From positions 62,001 through 126,000 of the forward strand of contig JAPETS010000059.1 of assembly GCA_026023565.1 (NCBI GenBank): 64,000 nucleotides of DNA, read 5' to 3'. Shown here one piece after another: positions 49,812 to 62,035 of this stretch. The notes beneath the pieces are model-generated. The model was not told where the DNA came from, ran no database searches, and saw only the letters and a program-made list of their open reading frames with translations. A program made the translations under genes and the position numbers. Origin of the DNA: Cirrosporium novae-zelandiae. Taxonomy: Eukaryota. Each line of letters starts with the position of its first letter. Position 1 is the stretch's first letter.

Positions 49812-50947
49812 CTATATTCCCCCTGCCAGCAGATACCTCGCCGCATAAGTAATATGGTCATCAGCGAAACTGGACATTGTAAAGTAACTGTGATCGTAAT
49901 CAGGTTGGAATCGGAGCATGATATCCTTGTCGACACCTGCTTCCTTGGCAGCCTTTACAAAATTCTCCGGTAAAAGTTGGCCTTGCTTGTAGAAATTATC
50001 CCCGGTACCCTACGTAGGGTCATTTGGATTAGCATTTCACCTAAAATAGAAGTAGTATGATATTGGAAGGAGGGGAATGGGACGTACCACATCGATTAGC
50101 AAATTCAATGGACCTTTCCATTTCTTCACAAGTTCAGTTGCATCATGTTCCTTCCATTTCTCGGTGTTGTCTTCACCAAAGTATCCCTTGAAAGCCTTCT
50201 GTCCCCAAGGACAGTTAATGGGGTTTGCAATAGGAGCAAAAGCCGAGCATGATTTGTATTTTCCAGGATTTCTTAGGAACTGGAACGACGAAGTTTAGTA
50301 CTTGAGTATTAATTTGCTCCTTGTGTGACATCTTCTCAAAAAGTCTTTGTTTCCAGCCAGGATCATGTAGAGGAAGTAAATACTCACCAATGTTAATGCC
50401 CCATGTCCACCCATGCTATGCCCGCTGATACTAACTCTTTCCGAGTCTAACTGTTTGAAGTTGGAGAACACCACTTCAGGAAGTTCCTTTGTGATGTAGC
50501 TGTACATGTTGTATCCCTTTGTCCAAGGTTCCTTGGTTGCGTCAATATAGAATCCAGCACCGGTTCCAAAGTCCCAAGAATCGTCCTCCCCTTGAATCTT
50601 TAGGCCCCCTGAATTTCATTGAGAAATTAGTATTGTAACTTTCATGTCCTCCGTCCATTACGTTTTGGTTTCATCTACTTACTTGGGCTCGTATCAGGAT
50701 ATAGAATCGCAATGCCTTTTTCGCTAGCCCCATGTTGAAAGAATCCCTTCTCAGAGCAATTATCTCCCGTGCAAGTCAATCCGCTCAACCAAATTAACAC
50801 GGGCACCTTGTGCAGGGGATCTGACGTCGCTTGGGGAGGTAGATATAGGTTGAAGTTCATCTCGCAATTGGTGACCTTGGAAGGGTGTGATAGCTTCAGA
50901 AGACGCCCGCCAAAATTAGCAATGGTTGCTTTGGTAGTGATGGACAT
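49812..50947 (-). CDS. S-formylglutathione hydrolase (esterase D family), 4 exons
   Basis: [42 protein letters not shown] and YDHSYF. Confidence 0.95.
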
Positions 50948-51424
50948 GGTTGGTAACTGTTGTGAAGATTTCAATTGGAATAAAGACGGTTGTTTCAAGG
51001 CGGATGGAATGCAAGAAGAGATTGTCTGGGAGAGCAGGATATTTGAAGAGAAGCGTTAGAACTAATCATCTTCACGTCGATGGAAATAGTGATGACGTTC
51101 CCTGTTTGCCCCACTATGAAGGAGGGGAATGTCCGAGGGAAGTTGAGGTGGGGTGGGAACAATTTACCCAAAAGATAAAGTAGGTGTGAAAATATCGAAA
51201 TACGTTATCATTTTAAGACTTGACGGAATTCCTTTCCCTTTCAGGCGATAAGGAAAGTTTAGATTATTGATATGATTATGTGTGAATTTTTCATCGCCCT
51301 TTCACAACTCCATACGATGACTCTATCTCTAGGCTTCTTCAATGCATCTGAATCCGATCTATGAGCGCCGCGCTATGCAAGAAAAACTCCACCCTTCCCA
51401 TCATAAGGTATCCATTCCTTGACC

Positions 51425-54400
51425 CTAAAACAAATACATTGGAACTCCATATACAACCGGTGCAGCCCCATTAAGATATTTTAGCACGCAATCATCTCTT
51501 GATACCATGACGGCCTCAGTAAGAGATGTTCTCTTCACGCTTTCAACCTCTTCTCCTTTCCTTCCTTTGCCTTTTCTTTTCTTTGCATGATTTCGCTTTT
51601 GTTCCTCTGGCTTCGCGAATATTCCCCACCTCTCTAAAACGCCCATTCCAAACCGATCAATATCTTTATCTGTAACATCCCACAGAGTTGCCACGACCGC
51701 CGGGCTTTTCGCACACGCATAAGTAATAGGAGTTCCGTACGGCTCGAATTCCCCTGCTTCGGTCAATGCACCACTGCTACATCCCATCAAGAGTGCAACA
51801 GCGCAACGGTCTAGTCGTTGAATCATTTTGCTTCGGATGTATTGGGCTCCACTTCCATGACCAAAGAAGAGGAAGAGGTCTGAATTCGAGAGCATGTCTT
51901 TCATTTCGGATTCGCTGGGATTGTGCTCAATGATGCCGGACCAGCCATCAAGACTGCGGAGGGGGTCTTGAAATGTTAACTGGGTATTTTTGAGATCCCC
52001 TCCGGGGTTTAGCACGTATGCTCCATTTCTGGGCTCGAGCACAAAGGGATCGAGTCCTTTGTTTTCTGCTTCTCTCTGTTGGTGGTTGAGGATATCACGC
52101 AGCGAACCTAATGATGGCACTCGGGAAACGGACTGTTCTTTTAAACAGGGTATGCTTTCCCAAGGGAAGCAGTGGAGTGCTTTGTCAAGAACCAAGACTG
52201 TATGAAACGGTGAATCGGATGAGCTCTCGGAAGCTAGTGCTTGATGATAGGAGCTAAGAGCATCAAGGGTTTCCATAACGACCTGCTTCGTTAGTATGGC
52301 TAGTTTAAAGTAGGATAATGCACTTACAGAGTCAAAATCTATTTCATCATAAGCGTTTCGCTCTCCTTGGAATTGTAGAATGTCCAGGATATAGTAAAGC
52401 AGATCCATCAAATCATCATCTAGGTCGTTGTCTTCAGTTGGTTCTCCTAGCCCGACAAAAAGCTCAAGAACTCGAGGATCTAAGCTCTGCTTGGTAGCAC
52501 CCCTTTTCTTGCCGCGTTTTTGCCGTGATGGAAGATACCTGTCAAGGATACCATCAAACGTTGTAGAAAAGCGTGAAAGCAAAGTTGCGTTTCGTGGATG
52601 GTTGTTAAAAAATCCTCGGAATCCACCAAGCCAGACGCTTTCGATCTTCTGCAGGATATCTCCTAATTGCTTATCGAGCGCTTGACGATTACGCCACCAT
52701 TCTGATTTTGCTCCTTTCCTGGTCATGTCACGAGCGTTATGTGTACTGACATTTGCAAGTCGAATCAATTCAAGAAGTTCAGCTTTTCCCGTATCAAAAT
52801 CGAAATCCTCCTCTTCAATATCATCTTGGACATTGTGCCTGGTGAAAGGTATTCGGATAATAAACGGACCTTCTCCTGCATGAAGGCAAGAAATTACCAA
52901 CGAGTTTCGACTTTGATTGAGCGAAAGTGATAGGACTCTGAAGCTTTCAGGGAGAATATCAATATAATCTTGCTGGAACCTGACAGCGTCAAGCAGTTCA
53001 CTACCAGTCAAATCCTGACAGGCGGCATTTGTTTCGAGAGGCCATTCAATGCGTTGGTTATAGGAGGACAACTCTTTGTCTATCCCGATAGCAGATAGAT
53101 GACGGAAGGAGGCGACTGTACGAGCGAGTTCTATAAATCGTTAACTAGTGATACTGGAAAGGAAGTGATAATTTTACCTGTAAAAGCTGTTGCCTGGAAT
53201 GGATGTGATACTGCAATGGCTTCAGGACCACCGAACGCACTAAGTAGTATGAGTATATCTATTATTGTGTTGCTGGCGTGATAGATTGAGGTAGTGGGAC
53301 TGCTATCGATTGCGGCGTTAATTGAGGCTGACCCTTCTGCCCATGCCTGTTGCAAAATTTCCACATAGTTCTGGAGTAATGGAGATGTTGGCTTTTTTGC
53401 CTTACTTGCTACTCGAGCGGTTGCCGCCTTGCGTGGAGACCTGATGGCCTTTCTGGGACTTCTTGCAACGACCGCCTTTGCTCGAACCTTTCCAGTGGAA
53501 ACGCCAGAAGGAAAAGATATCGCTGATTCACATAACATTTGATGAACAGCATCTTTAGCTAGGAGCTTGAGTGCTGATAACAACAGAGCCTCTGCATTTC
53601 CAATATGATGCTGTGCCCTAATATGGCTCATCACAGGGACATCTTCAATACTCTTTAAGAGATCAACTGCAGCTTCGGGTTCATTCCTTGTGTTTAATGC
53701 TGCAGCCTGCATCCTAATAATTTGTGTCCTTAGGATGTGAAAGAGGGTAAAGGTATTACTTGAGGTAGCACTGGTGAGCTTGGTTTGGGGTTGAGCTGCA
53801 AGCCTAACACGTCTAACCCTTGGTTTCGTCGTCGACTTCGATGCATCCGTTCTAGCTCGTTTCCTTGTTGTCCTTGGCTTACCTTTCACAGATAATGCTC
53901 CCATCTTCTGCGTCAAGGAGTCATCCACGGCGGGATCCTTCGAGGATGGCTCGGTAGCGACTGGGATTGTGCCTATGGAGAGAAGCATCTTCTCCGCAAA
54001 CTGATATGTCTCTTCCTCCTTGCGCCAGTTTTTCTGTAGACCATAGAGTTTTGCTCGGCAGCAGTGGAGCCTTACAAGGTCAATTCCCGATTCGAGTTCA
54101 CCGCTAAGCTTTTCCGCTTCGCCGAGTGACCCATGAGCCTTTTCAAGATTCCCGGCTCGAGCCCAAAGTTCGGACAAAGCTGTTAAACTTCGTACACGTA
54201 GAGGAGTTGCCTGTACAGCCTTGGCTAATTTTGAAGACTGTTCCGCATAATATAAAGCTTCCGGGAAAAGGCCATGATGAGAATAGAGTGCGGAGAGCAA
54301 GAGTAGACTTCTATGAGCTGGCGCGACCAAAGACCAGAACCTTGCTCCCTTGTTCATGACCTCCAAGGGTACTTGCGAAGGTGCACATTCGGTCGATTGG

Positions 54401-57400
54401 AGGGAAAGACTTGTCATATGGGTAGTAAGAGATCCGATTCCACTGTCCTCAAAATGTTCGTCTGTCTTTGGAGCTGAATCTGCACTATTTTGCAATGTCT
54501 GCAGAACGGCCCATACCTGACTATCAAGTTTAACGCATTGTCTACAAAAAGCGAGGGCATTTATAGCATCCCCTTGTGAGAATGCCAAAAGTGAACAGAC
54601 GTAAGCTGCTTGTGAAATTAATTCCCGTTCATGTCTTGACTTTGACATTGAGCTCCGGAAATCTTCATCGCAGGCAATAGCCCTAGCTGCTTGCAAGGCT
54701 TCACGACTAATATTTATTAGTAACCACTCAAAGTAAAACGAGGGATACCAACCTTCTATCAAGACTTCCTACTTCTTCTAAATATTCCCCATAAGCCAAC
54801 TGCCACCGTATAGATAAATGCGCTGAGATGTTCGAGTTACTAAGATATTTTTCAGTTCTTGCTAGCTCGTTTCCAGCCTTACTAGAATAACCAAGACGTG
54901 AGCTTTGTAATGCCAAATCTACAGCACTCGACAGACGTTGGTCCTCGGTAGCATCCTCTTTCAGTTCAAATATCCGCACCAACAGATCGAGACCGCGTAA
55001 TCTCATACGTTCCATGCCTCGCATATCTAAGAATTCAAGTAATGCCCTCAGAGTGGACAACCATCCATCAATATCATCGATATGCGATGTAATATCGCCC
55101 CATGATTTACTTTGAGACGCGAGTTTTAACCATGTGTTAAGTGCTTCATTTAGAGATTCGGTTAATACAATGCCTTTTTGAAGTATATTCTTCACCGAAT
55201 ACATTGACCGAATATGGTCCTCATATTGTGCAAGTCCCATGTCTTGGCTTCCTTCGGAGTGAGAATATGATAGCCTTTTGACCATCTCGTCGAGAGGAAC
55301 TTTTGGAAGGATATCCCTTTGAACCGAGGATAATTGAAGCAATAATAGCATGGCACGCAGACGTCTTATCGGGTATAAATCCGGATTGTACGCTATAAGA
55401 AGCTGATCAATTTTGGCGGAAATCTCCTCGATGCGAGACGAAGAAAACGTTATGCTAGGTGCCGATTTGCAGAGTAGTAGTAGTTGCCACTCTAGAAGTA
55501 ACCCACGCTCCGGATCCGAAAGGGTTTCGTTGTCATAAAAAATAGGAAGTTTTGTTTCCTTTCTATTTCCTCGGGATGATAATTGGGTCCATGTCATTAA
55601 GACTCGTCCAAGTATAGAGACCTCTCCGGTTTTCCTCCACACTTCTTGCAGAGGGAGAGTATCTGCAAAGATGGCTGCTTTGCGTAATACTTCAACCTCA
55701 ACGTGAGTTCTAATCGAAGATTCTAATGACCTCACAGCTTCTTTGGGGCGTCCTTCCGATTGGTATAATGCGGATAATCGTTCCCACTTGACTGCAAGGA
55801 AGCCAGTGTTCTTCTCTTCGATAGGTCGTTCAACTAAGATCTGAGCAGAACTCTCAAGAATCATCTTCATGTCAATCTCATCATCACCAGTTTGCTTTTG
55901 GTGAAGGTATATAGACCAATAAAAATTTGATATCTGTACAAACAAGTGCTTCTCGGTATTTGTCTCTGGATCACTTTCGGCATCAGGAGTTTTATCTAGC
56001 CGTTTCGCAATGAGCTTGCATTCATGCAACATTCCTAGCAAGTCTTGTAGTGGCGGCTGTCGGCGTGTAAGTAAAGATTTCCCAACAGCCAGCGCAGATT
56101 CCACTGCAGATTGAGCTACATGCTCTGCTATTTGAAGCCGCTCTGCAACACGAGAATTTTCTTTTGAAGAAGTATCTTGGAGTACCGGGCTGGTAAGATA
56201 TCTCTGCATAAAGCGAAGAAACGAGAAAATGTAGTCATTGCAGTGGTCTTGTAAAGCAGATAACAATTGCGAGTCTATCAAATCAGAGTGTGACCTGAGC
56301 TTGGTTGACATTACTCGAAGCACTGTTCGTTTTAAGATTGTTGCTTCTGCAAGAACTCCGTCTAATTCAGATGACGTTCCTTTCATAGAACTTCCGAGTG
56401 CTTCGATGACTTCAGCTAACTCATTCTCGGCGATACACTCCGTATCACCATCCAGAAACAGCTGCAACCGCAAAGTGGCCAGTTTACACTTTATTGTGCA
56501 CTGTTTAGCAGGTGACATCCCTGAGGATTTATAAGAGGCAGAGATTTGGGTCACGAAATGAAGAGCCTCCTGAGTCTTTTTCGCATCCCGTGCCAGTTGT
56601 TCCATGGTATTATATGTGGTTATCAAGGAGGAGAAACAATAATCGGCTTCAGTTGCAGCCTCAAACTTTATAGCAGCCTCCCTCATTATGCAGAAAAAAT
56701 GTTTCGCAGTCTTGTACTTTTCTAGCTTCGAATTCGAACATCGACGGTTGAAGGCCACAAGACATTTAGAAAATGGGTCCCAAAGCTCCTTTTGAAGATC
56801 CGCATGGTGGCCAGAAATATTCCACCACATTGTTCGCATATGCAATGCAATGCACTGCAACTTAAAACAGGTTTCGGGTGAAGGTCCAGTTTGTGAGGAT
56901 GCCAAGATTGAGTCATCAGAGCTACTGATCCTTGGACATATGGACATTAAGGCCTGAGAAAGAGTATGCAGCTGTTGTGCGGCTTTTGAGGGGGTAGAGC
57001 CAGGTTCTTTGGTTGATCGGAGAACCAGAGTCGGAGGAGAAGAAGAAGGGTTTGACTGAAAGGACTCGACAAGCTCCTCCAGCGAGTGCTGCCCAGGATT
57101 CAGAGCAATTAGTCGCACGAGATGGCTTTGAAGTGTAATTATCAGTCCAAGCACGGCACTACTAGCACCTTCGACCTTGAAAGTAAACAACTCCTTCATA
57201 GTTGATTTTTGTAGCTTCCGGGTTATAAGAGATGGCTTTGGCTGATTTCGACCGCGGGAGCGATTCGCGGTATCGGGCTCCCCATCATCACCCAGTATGG
57301 TATCGATTCGTCTCTTCAAGATCCTAATCTCTTTCCATGCTAGCTCCTCAAGATCCAGGGCGATAAGTTTTGCGATCAGCGCAGATGTCCCATTCTCTAT

Positions 57401-58006
57401 TTGCAATTGTGTAGAATTTCCCTTTGCGGCTGGACTATTTGACCGCATATACGCTAACGCTTCGTGGGCGCATTCCCCGATTATTTTTACCCCCGTGTTT
57501 GATCGGGCTCGTTTTCCCTGTGAAGAACTCTTTCTTGGGCTAGGTTGCTGGTTTGGATTTCTGTCTTGGAGGGGTTCTTTGGGCGGGTCGGTAGGAGGTG
57601 AAGTGCATCCCTTCGTGGAGCTCTTCACTATCTCATCACCATGTTGTCTGTGGGCTAGAGAATTTGACCTGACAGCTTCTGTGAGCGCTTTCAGGGCCGC
57701 ATTGAAGGTTTCTGTTGCCAGCACACTCTTTTCTCGTTGTTCCAATTGCGAACCACCATTTTCTTTGGTCTCAAGTACCTCTACAGGTTCCTTTGTTCGC
57801 GACCTCGCTGTCGATTTAGCTCTTACTCTGGAGGTAGAGGATGAAACGGTATTCTTCTGTATTCTTGTTGTTGTTTGGGTATCATTTCGATTTGCTGGTC
57901 GCAGGAGGGCTTGGAGTTGATGCAAAGTATTTTCGGAGCATATTGTCGCAGACTTTACTTGTTGGCGAACAGAGGTAGCACAGGCTTGTAACGATGGAGC
58001 CGACAT
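51425..58006 (-). CDS. ESP1: Separase (peptidase C50), 4 exons
   Basis: More than 2000 codons. The C-terminal domain has FPWES, LNPGGDL, catalytic FGHGSG and LMGCSSG, LWDVTDKDIDRF and YLNGAAPVVYG. Introns near 54708-54752, 53125-53177 and 52283-52327. Confidence 0.96.
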
Positions 58007-58208
58007 TATCAATTAATTAAGATACATGTAAAAGTAATTCATTCATGGTGGGTATCGGGGACTGTTGGGGTAGCTTGATATGTCAAAGTCACGTGCGTTG
58101 TTGTCAGAGTAACCGGTGAAAACCTCCGGGATTCAACCTCTACGGATTTGAAATATCTCGATGATTCAAGAACAGTTCCCATCCGGCGACTCCCAGTAAT
58201 TTTTCAAA

Positions 58209-58920
58209 ATGTCAAGACATAAACTATCAAAAACTTTTAGATGCCTCAACACAATCGCAAAGCCAAATGTAGCCCGGCCTGCACCACGATCAAATCTCCC
58301 ACTCTTCAGACTCCCGCAACCGCAATCGATTAGATTCCAATCCACATCAAACGTCGAATCCTTTACAGAAACCCCCGAACCATCCTTCTGGACCTTATTG
58401 ATCCCAAAAATTTTCAGAAGATCGCGCAAGAAATCGGAAGCCGAAATAAAACGAAAGAAAGAATGGAATCCCGCCACCTTTTTCATCGTCATGTTCTTGC
58501 TCATCGGATCCAATGCAGTTAATATGATGGGGTTAAGGCGTGAAGCGAGATTGTATAATCGAAAAGCCGATAAAAAGCTTTCCTTACTAAATGAGGTGAT
58601 TGGAAGAATACAGAATGGGGAGGATGTCGATGTGGAGGGATTACTGGGAAAGGGAGATGCAGCCAAAGAGAAGGAGTGGGAAGAAGGTAGGATTTGTTAT
58701 TTCGGAAGCATATAGAATCTCTATCTCTAATCTATGACTAGTTCTCAAGGAAATTGAAGAAGAAGACAGGTTATGGTCATCCTGGTCTAAGAAGAAAGCT
58801 AGTGAAAAAGCTGAGGAGCCTGCCAACAAAGCTGTGTCTGAATCCGAAATCCCGAAATTGAACAATACCGCATCAGATAGAAAGGGAAGCCCTACTAAGT
58901 CTCTACCGGGCTTCTTCTGA
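58209..58920 (+). CDS. Conserved fungal mitochondrial membrane protein (DUF5321-like), 2 exons (intron about 58687-58741)
   Basis: Basic presequence-like N-terminus, KEWNPATFFIVMFLLIGSNA and EDVDVEGLLGKGD..KEKEWEE|VLKEIE; divergent from separase. Confidence 0.8.
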
Positions 58921-59601
58921 GATACAAGGAAGTCATAAATCAGTTGTGATAAGTCCAGTAACTGGCAAAGTTACTACATCACTGATGACTAGTCTGGTGT
59001 GGTATCTAGGACGAGCGTCACTAGATGACGACATGGAACCAGTGATACTAAAACATAAAATATGTTAAGCTATTCCCGTCCAGAGAGACAAAGTGGGGAG
59101 GTACAGCGAGACATTCAGATATATAGTGAACATGCCCGGTCATGTGACGTTATGAGTTATGAGTTGATCGTAATCTAGACGATAGACAGCGGGAATCAGG
59201 TCTAGAAACCTGAGAAGATGAAAGATGCGATTGAAAGAAGACAATTGTCCTTGATAATGAACGAGCTAGTGCTGGTAATGTATATTTTCATTTGATTGGT
59301 TGCCTGTTCAGGGGTATCCCAGTCTGGACACTACAGTATATGCGGTACATATTTCTCTTCTATTGCCATGCAGTCGATGTTTTGATAATAATGTACAACG
59401 TCCATGAATGGTTGACGAATAGCAATAAAGATTCATGATAATTTCCTTCGTTTGATACCGCTCTCGCCTTATGCCACTTTTCATCCTCCGATGGCATGCC
59501 CTCAATCCATACTTTGGCCACATTTCTCAAATTTTCTCCTTTTATTCTTCATCTCCATATTGTTGAGTCCCAATCTTAAGTTTCGATTATTTTCATGATT
59601 A

Positions 59602-59847
59602 CTTTCGACAGGTAGAAATGAAAGCGACCAGACCCCCCAAAAAACGAAACCTAGAAAAGTGACCTTGGGGGAGGCCTTCAAGCAAAATCAATTTTCAATA
59701 ACAATTTAATTGAAGGCCTCCCCAAATCCCTAAAAATAAATTAATTATAAATATACAAAAATTGGTTTTGTTTGAAGGCCTCCTTAAAGTCACATTATTC
59801 TAGTTCTATCTTTGGGTCTGGTCGCTTTCATTTCTACTCGTCAGAAG
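59602..59847. mobile_element. MITE family B, longest copy (246 bp, long foldback TIRs)
   Basis: gacaggtagaaatgaaagcgaccagaccc / gggtctggtcgctttcatttctactcgtc, with the inverted match extending through gaggccttcaa; AT-rich core; TA on the left, TG on the right. Confidence 0.85.
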
Positions 59848-60989
59848 TGGCTAACGTTGATCTGATTGACATCTCAGCACTACAGTGTATGCCTATCAAA
59901 CGCTATAGCTCCACGAGCCATAAAGTCAAAATAAGAGAAAAAATACCATGAGTAGAAAACTCCAATTGATGGTATCGGTAGTTAGTTAGATATAGTTAGT
60001 ATTGTTGCTTCAGGGCTCAGACGGTGGAGGATTAGCCTTAGGTTACTAACATGGACTCGTTTTGGAGAACCTCCAATCGTCCGCGCTCGTTGAACCTTCT
60101 CCGGACAGTGGGTAAATTATCTAGGGTTGGACTGATTCTCATGTCTCCTTGCGCCATAGGTATTAGACATATATCTCCTAGGGTCACCGCATATTAAACA
60201 CTAAACTGCCCAGCACTCAGCCTAACTGGCTTCTTATACACTTCCATATCTCTCTGGATTATATCTTTGGCCCGGATGTTTGCCACCATCGAATTCATGC
60301 TTAATCTTTCCTCGTATGCGAAGGTTTTGGGGAGGCCCGATATCGCATGCCCCCAGATATGAATGTTCCCTCGCTCTCGTCCTCGCAGTCGTCCTCGCAG
60401 CTAGTTAGCTAATTAGCGGTAACAAAGTTATTTCAGGATAAGACTCTTCCAGGGACTCGGGGATAGCTAGTGATGGATAATCACAATCTCGTCGGCATGA
60501 TTGTAGTCTCTAGAAGAAGCGGCTTCGTATGTAGCCATCAAGGTGGGAACAGAGGCATTAGGGCTGCGAGCAAGACACCTTGGAGATTTGTGCTGATTGC
60601 TATGTAGATTCGGTGTCTGGTAATCAACTTTCAATTGTTTTAACGGGATTGCAATGTCCAATCTTGTACTACAGCCAGACAAAGGTGTTGTAAAGCCTTG
60701 AAAAGAGCTTGGACTTGGTGGGGCCACGTTTACTTCTTTTCACCGAAAACGAAAAAGCTTGCTGTATAAAATCCGGGGAAATGCAAACAGTACAAATATT
60801 CAACACTGAATATCAACGTACCTAGAGAGTTATTCAGGTCTTGTTGAGACTCGAGAGAAACATGTCGGGGATTATTCCAAATAACGATGGATTAACTTTC
60901 AATTCATCCAAGTGGTCAAGCCTGAATACATAACCTCCACAATTGTTATCCTTCTAATTTGGCATCCAGTTTGCATTAGGCACTGAAAT

Positions 60990-62035
60990 AATTCATAACT
61001 GTGCATCCCTCATTTACTGGATGCATCGTATTCGGCATGACTAGAACTCCAATGAAAGACACATTATTACAATAATTAATGACTAATAATACCTCTAGAA
61101 GCTCCCTCCTCAATGCCGAATGAAAAGTCTACACCGACGCAGTCCTCAGCTTCCAAGCCCTCACCTCTCAGCTAAACTCCACTGAAGTCCTCGGCACTAA
61201 ATCCCGATATGATGGCTTTGCTGTTGTCTATATTAATATGACACTACACACATCCATCTCAACCGTTTCTATCTTCCTTGGCACCGCAGCTGTATTTACC
61301 TATACGAGAAAGCCTTGCAAACGGAATACGGCAATGCTATGACACGTCGTGAGTTATAGACCTATCCACCCTTATAATCGACCAGAAGATGGGTCATGAC
61401 ATCATCAGCTACTGGGGCTGGCCTCTCTGAGCTATGAACCTGACCGCCTCCTCCATCTTTGACGGTTCTGAATATAGCATGTCCAGCGATGGAGCTTGGA
61501 ATGCAAGTGAAGTCAATGTTACAGTTGGCTATAACATCTATCTCCCCCATGGGAATGGTGATGGCTGTGTCTTTCGGGTTCGGCACTAGCTTCACGGTGA
61601 ATTGCCAGGTCACTGAGCTGTACAAACCAGACTGTAGTGGATTATCTCATCAAAACCCAACAACAATGGATAAATTTCAAGACATTATGCCGGAAGATGG
61701 GGAATCTTGAACCTCGGAGTAGACGGTGGAGGTTACTCTCTATGGGTATAATTGGCAGCGACTCTTATAGCGCCCACAATATCCAGCTCTCTATTTGCAC
61801 CATGCAACGATTAGTTCTGTTTAGACAATTTGGCAAGCAATTGACCCACTCACTGGACAATATGCACTCTTTGGAACGGGGACATGTCTGGATACTCCAT
61901 CAAGGCTCAATGTCACCTTGACAGATAATATGATCTGGAGATGGGGAAGATGGGGAGTACTTGGTGGAGAAGACGGCATTTTCAAAGGCATGATAAGCGT
62001 CACGGCAGGACCCTTCTGCATTAAATATGAATGGC
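60990..62035 (+). pseudogene. Tyrosinase (di-copper centre) pseudogene
   Basis: E*KVYTDAV...SRYDGFAVVYINMTLH, FYLPWHR...YEKALQTE and PALYLHHATISSV*TIWQ. Stops at 61121 and 61822; 2-nt slippage near 61250. Confidence 0.85.

Noticed and set aside
52283..52327. In-frame 45-nt segment in the separase ORF (VSALSYFKLAILTKQ) as a protein insertion
   Set aside because: It has GTAAGT, CTAAC and CAG signals, so it is an ordinary stop-free intron.
57297..57920. 207-aa plus-strand ORF (and similar ORFs at 4112-4600 and 58166-58666)
   Set aside because: Antisense to well-supported genes.
59021..59178. Possible third MITE (ctagatgacga / tcgtaatctag)
   Set aside because: Only an 11-bp imperfect inverted match and no second copy seen.
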